DNA of 61,791 nt, the filler included, from Globobulimina sp. (lineage: Eukaryota), in NCBI GenBank assembly GCA_003354225.1. It is 21 parts of 21 records of this genome, joined end to end, with 100 filler letters (N's around TTAATTAATTAA, not from the genome) between each part and the next. Parts side by side here need not be neighbours in the genome. Positions count along the whole stretch, not along the records: positions 1 to 2,850 come from PIVH01004628.1; positions 2,951 to 5,799 come from PIVH01004629.1; positions 5,900 to 8,748 come from PIVH01004630.1; positions 8,849 to 11,697 come from PIVH01004631.1; positions 11,798 to 14,645 come from PIVH01004632.1; 16 more parts are not named here. One strand, 5' to 3'. The number at the start of each line of letters is the position of its first letter. Position 1 is the first letter of the stretch. The position numbers and the translations under genes were made by a program. The notes beneath the pieces are model-generated. The model worked only from the letters and a program-made list of their open reading frames with translations, made no database searches and was not told where the DNA came from. Positions 1 to 12,447 of the stretch are shown here, one piece after another.

Positions 1-1
1 T

Positions 2-1768
2 TTGTACTTTAACAGTATTTATCTGCGGTATTTTGCACTGATTTTCCTGATTTATGGCTCCTTCTATGGGGTGGCATTTTTTATTGAGAGCCACATGGAA
101 GTGGTCTATGTGCGATTATTCATCGATTTCGTCATCGTTTCGGCTTATTTTCTTTTAATATATGGGCAATATTATTATTTACAGTTGCAAAGTTTGAAGA
201 AAATGGATATGTATTGGCGGGATCCACAGTTTCTAAAAATTGTGAATGAATCTGATAACTCCCTTCATTTTACTCTCAATGGATATTGTCAATATATACA
301 ACATACAATGTGTAAATATTATATTTGCTGTTTATTATATGGCCTAAAAATGCATAATGCAAAGAGTTTGATAGCATTGATATCCTTCAACAGTATCGAC
401 ACAATCACGCAATACTTATGCGATGATGAAGACTTTGAGCTTTCCAATGACTGCGAAGATCTACAGGTCATTGCTGAAAACATTCAAAATACACAAACGA
501 AAATTGTGCAACAATTGCAACGCATAAACAACACCTTGGCAACAGATCATTTTGTGATTGTATATACTGAGAGTGATGAAGCTAAGGCCAATTCGGAAGG
601 GATTATGTCAGCGACGCATACAGCCGCAGGTAAGGAGAAGGTGCATATTATCATAAAAAAGGAAGACTTGAAAGAAGAGGATGCAGCTCCCACATTACAT
701 TCAGCCGTACCAACAATAACACATTTTCAAAGAGCAGCATTCAACATCAACCGTTTTAATTTTAATCCCAATGTTGATCCAAAAGCAGTGTTCAAAACCC
801 TGCAACAAATTATCTACACAGCACAGGGCAAACCACTCATTTTAGAGCTCAATGATGCTTTTCTCAAAGAGAAGTTATTTTGTTTTGAAGGCACGATGGA
901 ATTTCTGCGTTTGTTGGGATTCGATTTGGTCCATTTGGAGTGTGAAGATTTCGGTATGTATTGTGAAGCAGCAATATCTGTGCAAATGGCAACGAATGCA
1001 ATTTATGGATTAAATGGTTTTGTCGAACCGCCACTGGTTTTTGGTTTAGAACCGGACATTGAAATTGATCAAGAAACGCAGACAAAACGTCTTTTGTTTC
1101 GATGGGAGTTTGCTTCGCCAGATACCAAAGTACACACTGTGTCATTGCGTCATGTACAGCACGCAAATAACATTAAGAGACAGATTGTGAATGTAGATGG
1201 CTGCGAATATTATAACGAGCAATCTCCAGTCTCTTCCTTTAACATTGAGATTGGGAGAATTATGGTTAACATTGCAATGGAAAAGTTGGATCCAATGTGG
1301 TCGAGTCAACAATATAAATATAAATTCGGTCTGGATCAACAGCGTTATATGGAAGTATTTGCATTGTGGAAGTCGCAGTTATTTGCGTCAATGGTGGACA
1401 GTATGCCGTCCATAGAGCGAGTCCGAGAGTTTCATGCCAAATTAATATTTCATAGGGAGGAGTATAATAAAATGGTTGGCCTGAATATATCTCCAGACAC
1501 AGATGAAACTATGAAGCATCATTTGGAAGAATATAAGCAAGCGAGATGTGAGTATTTGGATAAGGTCCGGTTGATGCGGTATGTGGATAAACCGGAATGT
1601 GATTTTAGAGAAACTGCATTGACGGTGTACGGATTTGTAAGGATATATGGAGGGATTGTTCCGCTCAAAGCGCAAAATATTGGTATCATTATAATGTATG
1701 TAGCTCCACAGTATCAAGTTACATTTACTCCGTCAATCTGTTCCGTTCTCAATGATTTACAAATATAA
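2..1768 (+). CDS. 5'-partial eukaryotic multidomain protein: TM helices, PUB/PUG-like domain, FAIM-like beta domain
   Basis: 588-aa open frame with N-terminal hydrophobic helices. KTLQQII...EGTMEFLRLLGF resembles a PUB domain. RWEF...VHTVSLRH...RQIVNVDG resembles a FAIM1-like segment. Internal introns are possible. Confidence 0.45.
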   Translation: MYFNSIYLRYFALIFLIYGSFYGVAFFIESHMEVVYVRLFIDFVIVSAYFLLIYGQYYYLQLQSLKKMDMYWRDPQFLKIVNESDNSLHFTLNGYCQYIQHTMCKYYICCLLYGLKMHNAKSLIALISFNSIDTITQYLCDDEDFELSNDCEDLQVIAENIQNTQTKIVQQLQRINNTLATDHFVIVYTESDEAKANSEGIMSATHTAAGKEKVHIIIKKEDLKEEDAAPTLHSAVPTITHFQRAAFNINRFNFNPNVDPKAVFKTLQQIIYTAQGKPLILELNDAFLKEKLFCFEGTMEFLRLLGFDLVHLECEDFGMYCEAAISVQMATNAIYGLNGFVEPPLVFGLEPDIEIDQETQTKRLLFRWEFASPDTKVHTVSLRHVQHANNIKRQIVNVDGCEYYNEQSPVSSFNIEIGRIMVNIAMEKLDPMWSSQQYKYKFGLDQQRYMEVFALWKSQLFASMVDSMPSIERVREFHAKLIFHREEYNKMVGLNISPDTDETMKHHLEEYKQARCEYLDKVRLMRYVDKPECDFRETALTVYGFVRIYGGIVPLKAQNIGIIIMYVAPQYQVTFTPSICSVLNDLQI

Positions 1769-2203
1769 TAAGAAGTTATGGCAAGTTATGTTAATTAGTT
1801 AATTGTTTTACAATACTACTAATATTATATAGATTGGTATTATTGTTGTTTGTGGTTTAAGTGTATCATTCAGTGGCTTTTTCATAAATAGCTATTTTTG
1901 TTTGTTTCTTGTGATTTTATTGTTGTTTGAATATTTTTCCGTTATTGCGACTGCCATATAATAATTTCTATAAATTTATGATGATAAGTTCTAAACAGGA
2001 AAACTCTCTTTTTTAAGTATGACAGCGTCTGTAGCAACTAGCAAGCACCGAAATTGCATCAACATTTATCATTTATTTAACTTTTACAACTTTTTGAGAA
2101 ATAGAAAAGGGTGCATCATTTCGAAAACCACAATATCCATTCATTATCGATATGACTGTTTATGGAAGCAATATCATATCACTTTTAATGTTTAATTTAG
2201 AGT

Positions 2204-2815
2204 TTAATATATAAATGGCAGCAATTTATATTTTACTCTCTGTTTATAATTTTCATATTTATCACCAAAATGAGTGAGTAACATTTCTTCTTCGTACATT
2301 ATTCTATCAACTAATGCTTTAATAGTAAACATTGAGGTAAATAACCAAATAATATTTTTCATCCATAATCCTTGTCCAATATACGACATAATGGATCCTG
2401 TATATCCCGGATGTCTCAGTACTGAATACGGTCCATAATCAATTAATTGATGACCACTTTGAATACTTACATTATATGTAAAATGCCGACCTAATATATA
2501 TTTCGAATATATTCTGAATGGAATACCACATAAAACCAACCCATATCCAATTTTCTCCATTGTATCAAGTGGTTGGTATTTTAATTTCGGATATTTATAT
2601 TTAAGATAATAACTGTAAAAAATACCAGTAAAGGATACTGTAAATATGATTTTTTTTATTGATAAGCCAGAATAAACATCATTTTTTTTATTCACAATTT
2701 TATCATCTTTTCCTTGTCCGGCATAATATATTAATTCACTCGTAAACAATGCATAAGTAGTTGCTATTAACCTCAATCTCGGAGTCCATTCTAACGAATA
2801 TAAACTTTGTTTCAT
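2204..2815 (-). CDS. Isoprenylcysteine carboxyl methyltransferase (ICMT/PEMT family) membrane protein
   Basis: Motifs LGRHFTYNV..QSGHQLIDYGPYSVLRHPGYTG and RIMYEEEMLLTHFGDKYENYKQRV..KLLPFIY. Confidence 0.85.
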   Translation of the reverse strand: MKQSLYSLEWTPRLRLIATTYALFTSELIYYAGQGKDDKIVNKKNDVYSGLSIKKIIFTVSFTGIFYSYYLKYKYPKLKYQPLDTMEKIGYGLVLCGIPFRIYSKYILGRHFTYNVSIQSGHQLIDYGPYSVLRHPGYTGSIMSYIGQGLWMKNIIWLFTSMFTIKALVDRIMYEEEMLLTHFGDKYENYKQRVKYKLLPFIY

Positions 2816-2850
2816 TAATGCATTTGCTTCAGTCTTTAGTCAAAGGTTTT

Positions 2851-2950
2851 NNNNNNNNNNNNNNNNNNNNNNNNNNNNNNNNNNNNNNNNNNNNTTAATT
2901 AATTAANNNNNNNNNNNNNNNNNNNNNNNNNNNNNNNNNNNNNNNNNNNN
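2851..2950. other. Artificial contig spacer (N44-TTAATTAATTAA-N44), first of 20
   Basis: The same 100-nt linker, with stops in all six frames, starts at 2851, 5800, 8749, 11698, 14646, 17594, 20542, 23489, 26436, 29383, 32330, 35277, 38224, 41171, 44117, 47063, 50009, 52955, 55901 and 58847. Contig lengths fall monotonically, so adjacency carries no biological meaning. Confidence 0.99.
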
Positions 2951-4182
2951 CTATTATGAAAACACACCTCAAATCAGTGAAATGGAAAATCTTTGGCAGT
3001 TTGTAACATGACAATACACGTGTGACCCTGTTAAACACACAATCAGGATCAAAACGATTACTTCCTGTCTTCAATGTAACTTTGTAACTGCTGCCCACCA
3101 GACACAAATATCTATAAATAATAATCCATTTATCACTGCATATAATCGGTAAATCAAATGACTCTACTCTAGTTATTCTCACCATCAAAATGAAAAAGAC
3201 TAGTACTCACCCTAATAATATGAAATTGAATAACATCATCATCATCATAATCTGAAACAAAGTAGAATATGTACACCTATATTTTTAGTATCCAGGCCAT
3301 TTACACACACTACAGTAAGCAACCAACAGAAAATGACATGAAATGAAATGATGGTCAAAATTCTCAGATCAGGGTAAAAATATGGTACAAAAAAATCAGA
3401 ATTGAACAAAACAGACGTCGCCATGGTTTCGAGGGTGACAAAAAATATCAGGAAACCGATTTTTAGGCTGATCTGAGAATTTTTGATTTAAGGGTACCAG
3501 GAGGTGTCCATAGAGGACCCCGCAGGAGATAAAAAAGTGAGAATGGAGAAAAACGGATGTTGCCATGCCATTGAGGGCAACAAAAAACTCCTGGAAACCA
3601 AATTTTATCTGATTTGTCAATTTTTGATTTGAGGGGTACCACTTTGAATACAAGGTGTACCCTTAGAGGGCCATGCATCAAGTAAAACTGGTATTTGGGG
3701 TGAGGAAAAACACCTGAATAACAGTTTTAGACTGATCAGACAATTATTTCTCAAGTTTAGAATGTTTGGCAATATAGGGTACCAAAGTGGGGGGTACCTC
3801 TGGCATTTTTTCATCACTATATTTCTCAGAAGAATAGGACATATTTTTTACATTTTCAATGTCAATCATTATCAGCTATTGGAGAAAATAAAATTTCACT
3901 CTTATTATTCTTTATTGTCTCTTATTATTATTATGTCTCTTATTGTATTACGTGTGAATTGTCCGACGACGACGACGACGTTGGAATCGAAAGCATGATA
4001 AGAATCTCATTCACAAATATGTTAAACATCAACAGAAGGTTACAAAGTGTTGCAAGTTTAAACTACAAACTGGCCAGATAAACAAATGACGACCGACTTT
4101 AAATATTTATTTAGAACAAAAAATACATTGATAACACTATTTTACAGAACAAAATAACACTATATATACACAATATAATAAA

Positions 4183-5428
4183 CTAAATCAATTCCAATTC
4201 ATTGTCCGGTACCAGCTCACCGAAACAGTTATGCTCAATCTTGTTTAACAACTTAGGACCTAGCTTATCTGGAAAATAAAACCAGACCGCGGCAGAAACG
4301 GCAAGAACACTTAAACAATCTTCTGCAAGATAGTTAAGCATTCTTCTCCCTTCTGACAAGTTGTTAAACAAGCCTGATGCCCTGTTCCAGCCTTGTCCAC
4401 TGCCCTGAAACTTTTTGTTGAGGCTCCTCTGGAAAAATAAATCCATACCAAATTTCAGCCCAAACCTGAGACCATTGTTGATAGTGCTGTCAATGGCCAG
4501 TTCCTGGAGGTCTTTTATGGAACTGTTCAGCTGGTAACCCACGGTGTTTGACATGGCCTGGTCATCACCTCTTTTGTCCCAGACAAGTTTTGTCACTGCC
4601 TTATTGTCCAGCAACTCTCTCAAACATAATGGGAAACCTAAAAAAATGTATCATTATTACCATAGATGAGTCTGGGGAAAATTTTTCAAAGAGGGGCAAT
4701 TTGAAAATTTTGGCAAATATGCAAATTTCAGCCAAAAACCATTATCTTGTTCAAAAATGACATTTTCCAATTTTTGGCTACAAAATGGTAGTTTTTTCAC
4801 CAAAAATTCAACCTGGTTGGAGTTAACCCCTGTTAATGATCTAAGGTATGATCTGGTAGTTTAAAAAAAGTCCAGTTATCACAAAAGTTTTGCCCCAAAT
4901 TAATATTTTTGTATAGTATCAAAAATCAAACATACCAGCCCTGAGATCAAATATGAAAACAGTTCCTGAACAAGTGACCAAACCCAACAACACTGCAAAG
5001 GGTCCATTGACATGGGGGTTGGCTGGGGTGTAATTATAGTGCTCCCGCAGGTGTTGTGGCCACCTTGTGAATCCTCCCACCATACTGGACATTTTCCCTT
5101 GGTAAATGTCCCATGCTGAAAACCGGCCACCATTGCAAAACCTGAAAAAATATATTTCAATCAAAAAAAATGTACTATTTCAAAAAAATAAAAAACTATA
5201 CTCCAAATCCATTCCCAACAGTTCTTCGGACTGGAGAATTGCACATGGTCCTTCCATTTTTTGAACACTGTCCAAATAGACCATTTGCTTGGACTGAAAT
5301 GGTACCTTCATCAAAAATACCAAATACTCAACCATTTCCAAAAATTGGTCAACACTTGAGACAAAAGACCTTAAACATTTATTTGTGTATACATATGGGG
5401 TTTTTGGTCCATTTTTTGGATAAACCAT
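4183..5428 (-). CDS. DEDDy 3'-5' exonuclease (EXD1/WRN-exo-like), 3 exons
   Basis: Exon 1 ends LLGMDLE (ExoI). Exon 2 (about 5143-4936) has VLLGLVTCSGTVFIFDL. Exon 3 has RELLDNKAVTKLVWDKRGD (ExoII) and MLNYLAED (ExoIII). GT-AG junctions join all three in frame (GA|G and G|GT). Confidence 0.7.
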
Positions 5429-5899
5429 GATTTTGAACAATAATTTATTGTTACAAATGACAAATATTATAATATTTATCACTATATGCCACTAATCTAC
5501 CCAAATCAGCTGATGTATCAGCAGATCTTTCCTCTGGTTCTACATAAATACCACTAGGAATTCTAGGAAGAGGAATAGTGGGAGCGGGGGGTAGACTTGA
5601 TGTTTGAGTAGATTTGTCAGAGAACATTTTGACACTCTGCAAAACAGACATTTCAATGTCATGCAATTGCCTGACAGAAGGAGGTGGTATTCTTACTAAA
5701 ATATCACAATTCACTGTCTAATTCGTAGGTTTCATTTTCAGCAAAGGAAAGCTCACCACGTCTGCTATTTGCAACACGCTTTCTCCAAATCATAAAAGAN
5801 NNNNNNNNNNNNNNNNNNNNNNNNNNNNNNNNNNNNNNNNNNNTTAATTAATTAANNNNNNNNNNNNNNNNNNNNNNNNNNNNNNNNNNNNNNNNNNNN

Positions 5900-6093
5900 A
5901 TAAATACACATATTTGGACCATTGAAATGACGAAAATGAAAGATTTTAGACTGAAATTAGGAGCTAATATGTCACGCCAATTGTTATTTACAGCAGACTG
6001 CGATGTGTTGATGGTTCCAGCATTCGGTCGAGGCATTTGTGGCAACGGTCTGCTTTCTGGCTGCAAGTCCTCCATTGTGTGGATATTCGCCAT
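5900..6093 (-). CDS. Rhomboid protease (ROM1-like) N-terminus, 3'-partial
   Basis: MANIHTMEDL start and APNFSLKSFIFVISMVQICVF first TM helix match the N-terminus of protist ROM1-type rhomboids. Truncated by the contig edge. Confidence 0.6.
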
Positions 6094-6184
6094 GCGGTCA
6101 TATGTTGGCCATAAATGATGTGTTTCTACACTTTGAGATATATGCTTCACATAAAAAACGTCACTATCAAAAAACTTTGCAACC

Positions 6185-8748
6185 ATGTTCGCGTCGTTAT
6201 TTTTCTTGTTCTCTGCTGTGGCGCCAAGCAATGGATGGGGTCCCACAGATATTAAATATGTGCATGTAGTGGCAAGCAACCATTTCGATGCAGGCTACAC
6301 AGATTCGCTCGTAAATGTTGTGAATAAATATTTCGACCAATATCTTCCTCAAATGTAGGCGGTATTTGACTGTTTAATTTGTATTTCAATTTACAACTAA
6401 CATTTGCATCTTGCCTTAAAACTACAGTCCTATAATCGGTGAACATTTATCGCGTCAAAATATATCGTGGAAATTCATGGAACATGCTTGGATTTTATCG
6501 TTGTACATGGAATGCCCTCCCAATGCCGGACTGCATTGTCCATCGGAAGCGGCCAAAAAGACATTTATTGATTCTGTGAATGCGCAGGAAATCACATGGT
6601 ATGCTTTCCCTTTTAATTCAGAATTGTCGTTATATGGTCCCTCCATGGCTCAATTTGGAAATTATTTAACAATGAAACAGCTTCCATCCTTATTCAAAAC
6701 AGCTCATATTCCCACTGTGGTGTCGCAGAGAGATGTTCCGGGCGTCACTCGTTCGATGATTCCACTGTTTAAGAAATCCAACGTGACGGCAATATCGATT
6801 GGCGCCAATGGCCGGGCCGCAACGTTGGGCCTTCCCCAAGTATTTAGGTGGTGGGATCAACAAAGCAATGAGCAAATTGTTGGCATTTATCATCCCGGCG
6901 GCTATGGCGGGACTGACTTAAAAAGTGTTGCCATAGTCGACAATTTGACGCATGCACTCGCCACATATTGGAATGGTACAAATGTACAATGCACACCTTC
7001 TCTGTGAGGACAATGCCATTCTGTCTCTGCTAATAAATAGGCGATAACAGCGGACCGCCCTCGGCAGCCAATGTGGTGAAGACAGTGAAACAAATTCAAG
7101 CAGATTTCCCCAACGCCATTGTCGAGATTGACACTTTTGAATCGTTTGTCAATGCATTGTTGGCTGAGCCGGACATTTATGCCAATTTACCAGTTTACTC
7201 ACAAGAATTGGGCGACATTTGGTGTGTATTGAATATTGATATAAATGTTGCAACGTCTCTCCTTTTTTATTTTTGTTTTTTTGGTAGGATTTATGGGCCA
7301 CCTTCGGACCCATTGAAATTGGCAAAATTTAGAGCAGCTTCTAGGTTGAGAGCAGATTGTTTATTAAATGGGAAATGCAATTTGGAATCGTATCCGTTTT
7401 TTAATTGTTAAGTAACAATGCATTGTTTGGCACTGTAACTGTTTGAGTTTGCTGCATTCGCTGCTTTACCTATTCAGTCAGCAGATTTTTATTGAAAAAT
7501 GGCGAACATACATTGTTAAGAAATGTGTCTAACTTTGCGAGTCTGCCACAGATACAATGCCTGCAATGGATATATAGCGGAGGTAGTTATACCTTTATTG
7601 GCGCCAATTATTCGCAGACCATTTGGACGAACCAGCGATTAAATATGGCATTGAGCCAAGAACCGTATAAAAGTAAGTTCGATGCCTTCAAAGCAACGTG
7701 GACTGAACAGAGACGGTTTGGCATCGAGTATGCGATGGATGCGTTGGCCCAATCTGCAGACCCTTCGGACACCGCATTACACCGAGACATAATGAGTGAA
7801 TTAACGTATTTGCAGAAGGCAGCCATGCCCGATGTCGCAGATACTGAGCAATGGCAAAAAATAACAGATTTGCGGCAATCCTTTGACATCAAAATCAATG
7901 ACAAAGCGTATTCTGTTACGTTTGATGGCAAAACCGGCGCAATAACAGCACTGCAAAACAAACAAAGTGGGATTAATTATGTCAACGCAACGACAAATTC
8001 GAATGATGGCTTAGGAATATTTATGTATCAAACGTACACCGCAGCCAATTTCAGTGATTTCTGGTATGAATATAGCACCGTTCCCGACGCCGGCTGCAAT
8101 TTGGAATATTGTAAGAATGGAATGGCGCAACAAGCAAACTTCAGCAATACGCAGTACAATGTCTATGCGTCTTTGCTTGATTTGTACCAAAATGCGCAGG
8201 ACGGCAATGTGTTTTTATTGGAGTCTGATTTGGGTACTTTTGCAAGAATGTTGTCGGAGCAATTTGGAGGTCCAACTAAAATTTATGTGAGATATAATTT
8301 CAGCGCAGCATTTGATGTGAGACAGTCGGATGTAATCGGTGATGGATTTGGCATCGAAGTCTTGATCGAAAATAAAACGTACACTCGGTTGCCGGAAACA
8401 ATGTGGTTTGCTTTTAAAACAAATCTGAATTTCGACAGTGTCTCTGCATATAAATCGGGAGAGTATGTGGACCCAAATGACGTGGCAACAAATGGCACAT
8501 TTCATCTACAAAGTGTATCGCCGGATGGTTGCGTAAAATGTGCATTCAATTCGCAGCGGAACAATGTGGAAATATATTCATTGGATGCTGCGGTATCTGC
8601 TTTTGTGCCAAATGGATGGAAGGAATTTACAGATATTGTGACACCATTTATTCATTCCGATTTGAATAAAGGTGTTTCCTTTGCTTTGCTGAATAATTTC
8701 TGGGGAACAAGTATGCATATAATTGAATGCAATGACATTTATATAAAT
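6185..8748 (+). CDS. Secreted GH38-N-like / DUF5054-family glycoside hydrolase, multi-exon, 3'-partial
   Basis: Signal peptide MFASLFFLFSAVA. Motifs HVVASNHFDAGY, ITWYAFPFNSEL, SQRDVPGVTRSMIPL, GGYGG, ELGDIW, DPLKLAKFRAASR, KTYTRLPETMW and LLNNFWGT are spread over ORFs 6477, 7073 and 7492, separated by short GT-AG introns. Confidence 0.7.
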
Positions 8749-8848
8749 NNNNNNNNNNNNNNNNNNNNNNNNNNNNNNNNNNNNNNNNNNNNTTAATTAA
8801 TTAANNNNNNNNNNNNNNNNNNNNNNNNNNNNNNNNNNNNNNNNNNNN

Positions 8849-10781
8849 TGGTTCAACAAAATGTTGTATATTAATTTCTAAGTCAAAATCGTTGAGAATA
8901 AATTCTCGAACAGTGTCATAATCGATCAATAATGAATATTTTGATGCTAATTTTGTTCCAATTGAATCAATTTTAACACCCGATTTTAATAACAGTTGAT
9001 ATTTTGACCAATGTTTCTCGAATATCTGCCGCAAATAATATTCTCTAAATTTTGCTACTTCCACTAAAAATAATATATTCTCAACGCTAAATCTGTGTAA
9101 AATATATTTTATAATTGATATGAAAAGCAATATGTTGGCAACGTAGAGCGTCTGCTCTTTTGTGTGGGGTGGGTTCTGTCTGCTTTTGTTTGTGGTGTGG
9201 GTTCTGTCTGCTTTTGTTTGTGGTGTGGGTTCTGTCTGCTCTTTTCTGTGTGTGGGTTCTGGCTTGTTTTGTATGTGTATGGTCTAACCTAAACTCTAAA
9301 AATAATTTTTTTCTGATTGGTTGACTCGAACATATGTGTAATCACTTTTTGACGCCAGAACACACCCCACACGACAGACAAAAAAGCAGACAGAGCCCAC
9401 CCCACACAAAAGAGCAGACAGAACACACACCCACACAAAAGCATATACAGTGATGCATCCGTTTTGTTGTATCAATTGTATGGACAATATACAGTTATAC
9501 ATATGGCAAAGTAGAGCGTCTGTCTTTGTACCAATTGTGCTGTGAATACCATTAATTTACAAACACAATATGGACAAATAGAATAGAAACAATATACAGT
9601 CATATGACAACGCTATACTGTCAGATAGAAACAATATAATGTCAAATGGAAACAGTATTTGTAGACTCGCGAATATGTGCAGTATATTGTTTCAGTTGTA
9701 CATTCAACCTTGTTTTATATTTATTGCATGACTCTTGCCATATACAGCTAGTTAACAATATATTAAAAGCGAGTTAATAGACTCTGAAAATTTTTGCAGA
9801 TTAAAAAATATAAAAATTATATGTGAATTAACTCTGATTCCAAGTGTTCAACGAATAATAATAAAGCAGCACGTGAACCTAATACATCCTCAAAACAAAC
9901 GGTATGTTTAGAATTACCAACTTGCATTAATTTTATTGTGCGTTGATGTCGTTCATTCGTCTGAAAACTCATTGGTATAAACGTTTTAATTAAAATAGTT
10001 GTAGCCAATATAAACAACATCATAAATGAGTATAAATAAAATGTATTACATTTATTTAATGGGATTATTAAAAATATTAAATAATAAATTAATGCGCTAA
10101 GCCCAGGACATAAAGATATAAATAATATTTCTTTTTTTATACCAAATTTGTCATCAATTCCATTGATTTTAAAATAAAATATCAACAATAATATGGTTTC
10201 AATTGAAAATAAAATAATACGAGTTAAAGTTGTCTGAAATAAGCTGATTTTTATATAATTTGTAATTAAATATGGTAAGAATAATATTAATAAACAAATG
10301 AAACAAAACACGACGGTAAATTTAATAATAAAAGAAGGCTTTCCAAATGTTTGTCGATATTTTAAATAAAAATTTTCATCATTATCGCGATGCCATAACA
10401 TGTTTACACATTCTTTGTGATACAAATGATCAAAATGTAGCAGCCACATTCGAGAAACAAAAAAAAACCAAAAACGATAAATCTGATATCTGTCAATATT
10501 GTCATAATTATCAAATTGCGAGATTCATTTTTATGTAATTCAAATACATTTATGAGAAATAATAAACAATATATTGGTTGAATTATAGCAATATCAAATA
10601 AATTAAAACATAATAAGCTAAATGAGAATTTTGGTTTTCTTGCCATCATAAATGCAACTGATGTAATTATAGATCGATAGATTCTATGCATGCCCCACGC
10701 ACATATTTGAATAACAACAATAAATGAAAATATTAATGCGACGCATAGAGTTATTTGCGAAACTTGAACAACACATTCCAT
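8849..10781 (-). CDS. 7TM-RGS protein (transmembrane region + RGS domain), 3'-partial
   Basis: Multiple TM helices and DDKFGIKKEI. The RGS box FEDVL...FVEHLESE is spliced via intron 9832-9093 to FSVENILFLVEVAKFR. A one-base frameshift lies in the homopolymer run near 10459-10467. Confidence 0.75.
9150..9445. repeat. Foldback-like inverted/tandem repeat inside the RGS intron
   Basis: About 29-nt tandem units (ttttgtttgtggtgtgggttctgtctgc) at 9150-9260. The reverse-complement arm at about 9358-9445 includes a ~38-nt stretch matching the left arm with 1 mismatch. Confidence 0.8.
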
Positions 10782-10873
10782 TTAATGTGAAGTTGAATTT
10801 TGCGTTTTTGGGAGTTTACGTTCTGTGAAAACCTTTCAAAAATGGTAATACGTACATCATTGCCTTTTGCAAA

Positions 10874-11551
10874 TTAGGGAATCATCAAGTTTGCTATTTC
10901 AATGATTATTCTCACCCTATGCTGTAACAGCGTTATTCCCATCGCTTGTAAGTCGTTGTCAGTTATACATTTAATGATTGATACAGCAGTAACACCATGA
11001 TTAACAAAGTGAATATAATATTGTTCCAATCCGACATCATCTCTCAGCCATAAAAATAAAGCATCGATATCTGCATATTTTATCGTGTTCAAAGATTTAT
11101 TTTTATTTCCAATATGCTTCGTTTCCCCAACTCCGTGGGCCCTATTTATTAATTTCAATTTTTTTGTCAACGTTTCCAAATTTTCAATATTCTTTTTAAT
11201 TTGATACAATGTACGATCTTCATAATAGTCCATTGGAGCAACTCTTTTTGTGATATTAATACCATTCTCATAAATATCAATCAAATCCATTCGGAATTCA
11301 ACGGTCATTTTATCCAATTCTTTGAATCTATCCGTAGATATTCTTTCGTGTCCCCATGTTTCAACCAATTTATCCGCACAAAACGTAGTTGCCGCACAAT
11401 ACCGAGTGTCTGTCTCCTTTACGAATATCATATATCTCAAACATACAATGGCATTCTTGCTGGGTAATTGTATAATATCTATACATATCTCTACATTCCC
11501 TTCATTACTTTTACTTTTTCCGTTTGCATATAACGACAAATAAAATTGCAT
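10874..11551 (-). CDS. MATH-like + SAM domain protein
   Basis: N-terminal FYLSLYANG (MATH-like strand). C-terminal WLRDDVGLEQYYIHFVNHGV...ITDNDLQAMGITLLQHRVRII is a SAM domain. Confidence 0.65.
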   Translation of the reverse strand: MQFYLSLYANGKSKSNEGNVEICIDIIQLPSKNAIVCLRYMIFVKETDTRYCAATTFCADKLVETWGHERISTDRFKELDKMTVEFRMDLIDIYENGINITKRVAPMDYYEDRTLYQIKKNIENLETLTKKLKLINRAHGVGETKHIGNKNKSLNTIKYADIDALFLWLRDDVGLEQYYIHFVNHGVTAVSIIKCITDNDLQAMGITLLQHRVRIIIEIANLMIP

Positions 11552-12447
11552 GTCTACTTCAAAATCATAAATCTAGAAGGCTACTACACTGTTAAAATGT
11601 TTTTGTAACTTTACATAATATTTTATGAAATCGATTCTTCCAATAAATTACATGTAATCTTACATGATTATTAATGTAAAGTGACAAAAACTTCTAANNN
11701 NNNNNNNNNNNNNNNNNNNNNNNNNNNNNNNNNNNNNNNNNTTAATTAATTAANNNNNNNNNNNNNNNNNNNNNNNNNNNNNNNNNNNNNNNNNNNNCGT
11801 ATCCAGTGCGCAAACAATTGAGATCACCAAAAAAAATGAGAAATAAATTGAAAAATATATTAATGTTAATTTTAATGAAGTATCCATTTTAATGAGGATA
11901 GTATCAGTATTAGTATTAGTATAGGAAGTAGTACAGGTTCACGAGTTAGACTTGAAAAACTAACCTGTTTTTGTGTTTATGAAATGTTTTCAGGATTGGA
12001 AAGGAAATTTCAAGGCCGAGAAAAAAAGTTCACAATAATAAATACATTGAACCAAATACTAAAAACAATTCAAATGTTTTTGATACAAACTTTGATCCGT
12101 ATGATAACATTGAACCATATTTTGTTTCATATAAAAATGTTAAAAGGTATAATAACATCATCATATTTGAAATAATAATATTGATTATGATGGCATGACT
12201 TTTGAATATAAATTTTGAATATCCCCAAAGGCGTTGTCCCAACTTGTAGAATTATACAACTTTTCATGTACAAGTTGAAGACTAGTGTTCATGATTTGTA
12301 GCTTGTTCATGACTTGTAGACTGTGCATGACTTGTAGACTTTAAATGTGTATTGTTGCATATTGTTGTCTATTCACATAACGTCTTTCTATACAGAGAAA
12401 TCTACATCTTTCTACATACAACAGCAAAGAATAAATCCCATCCGGAT

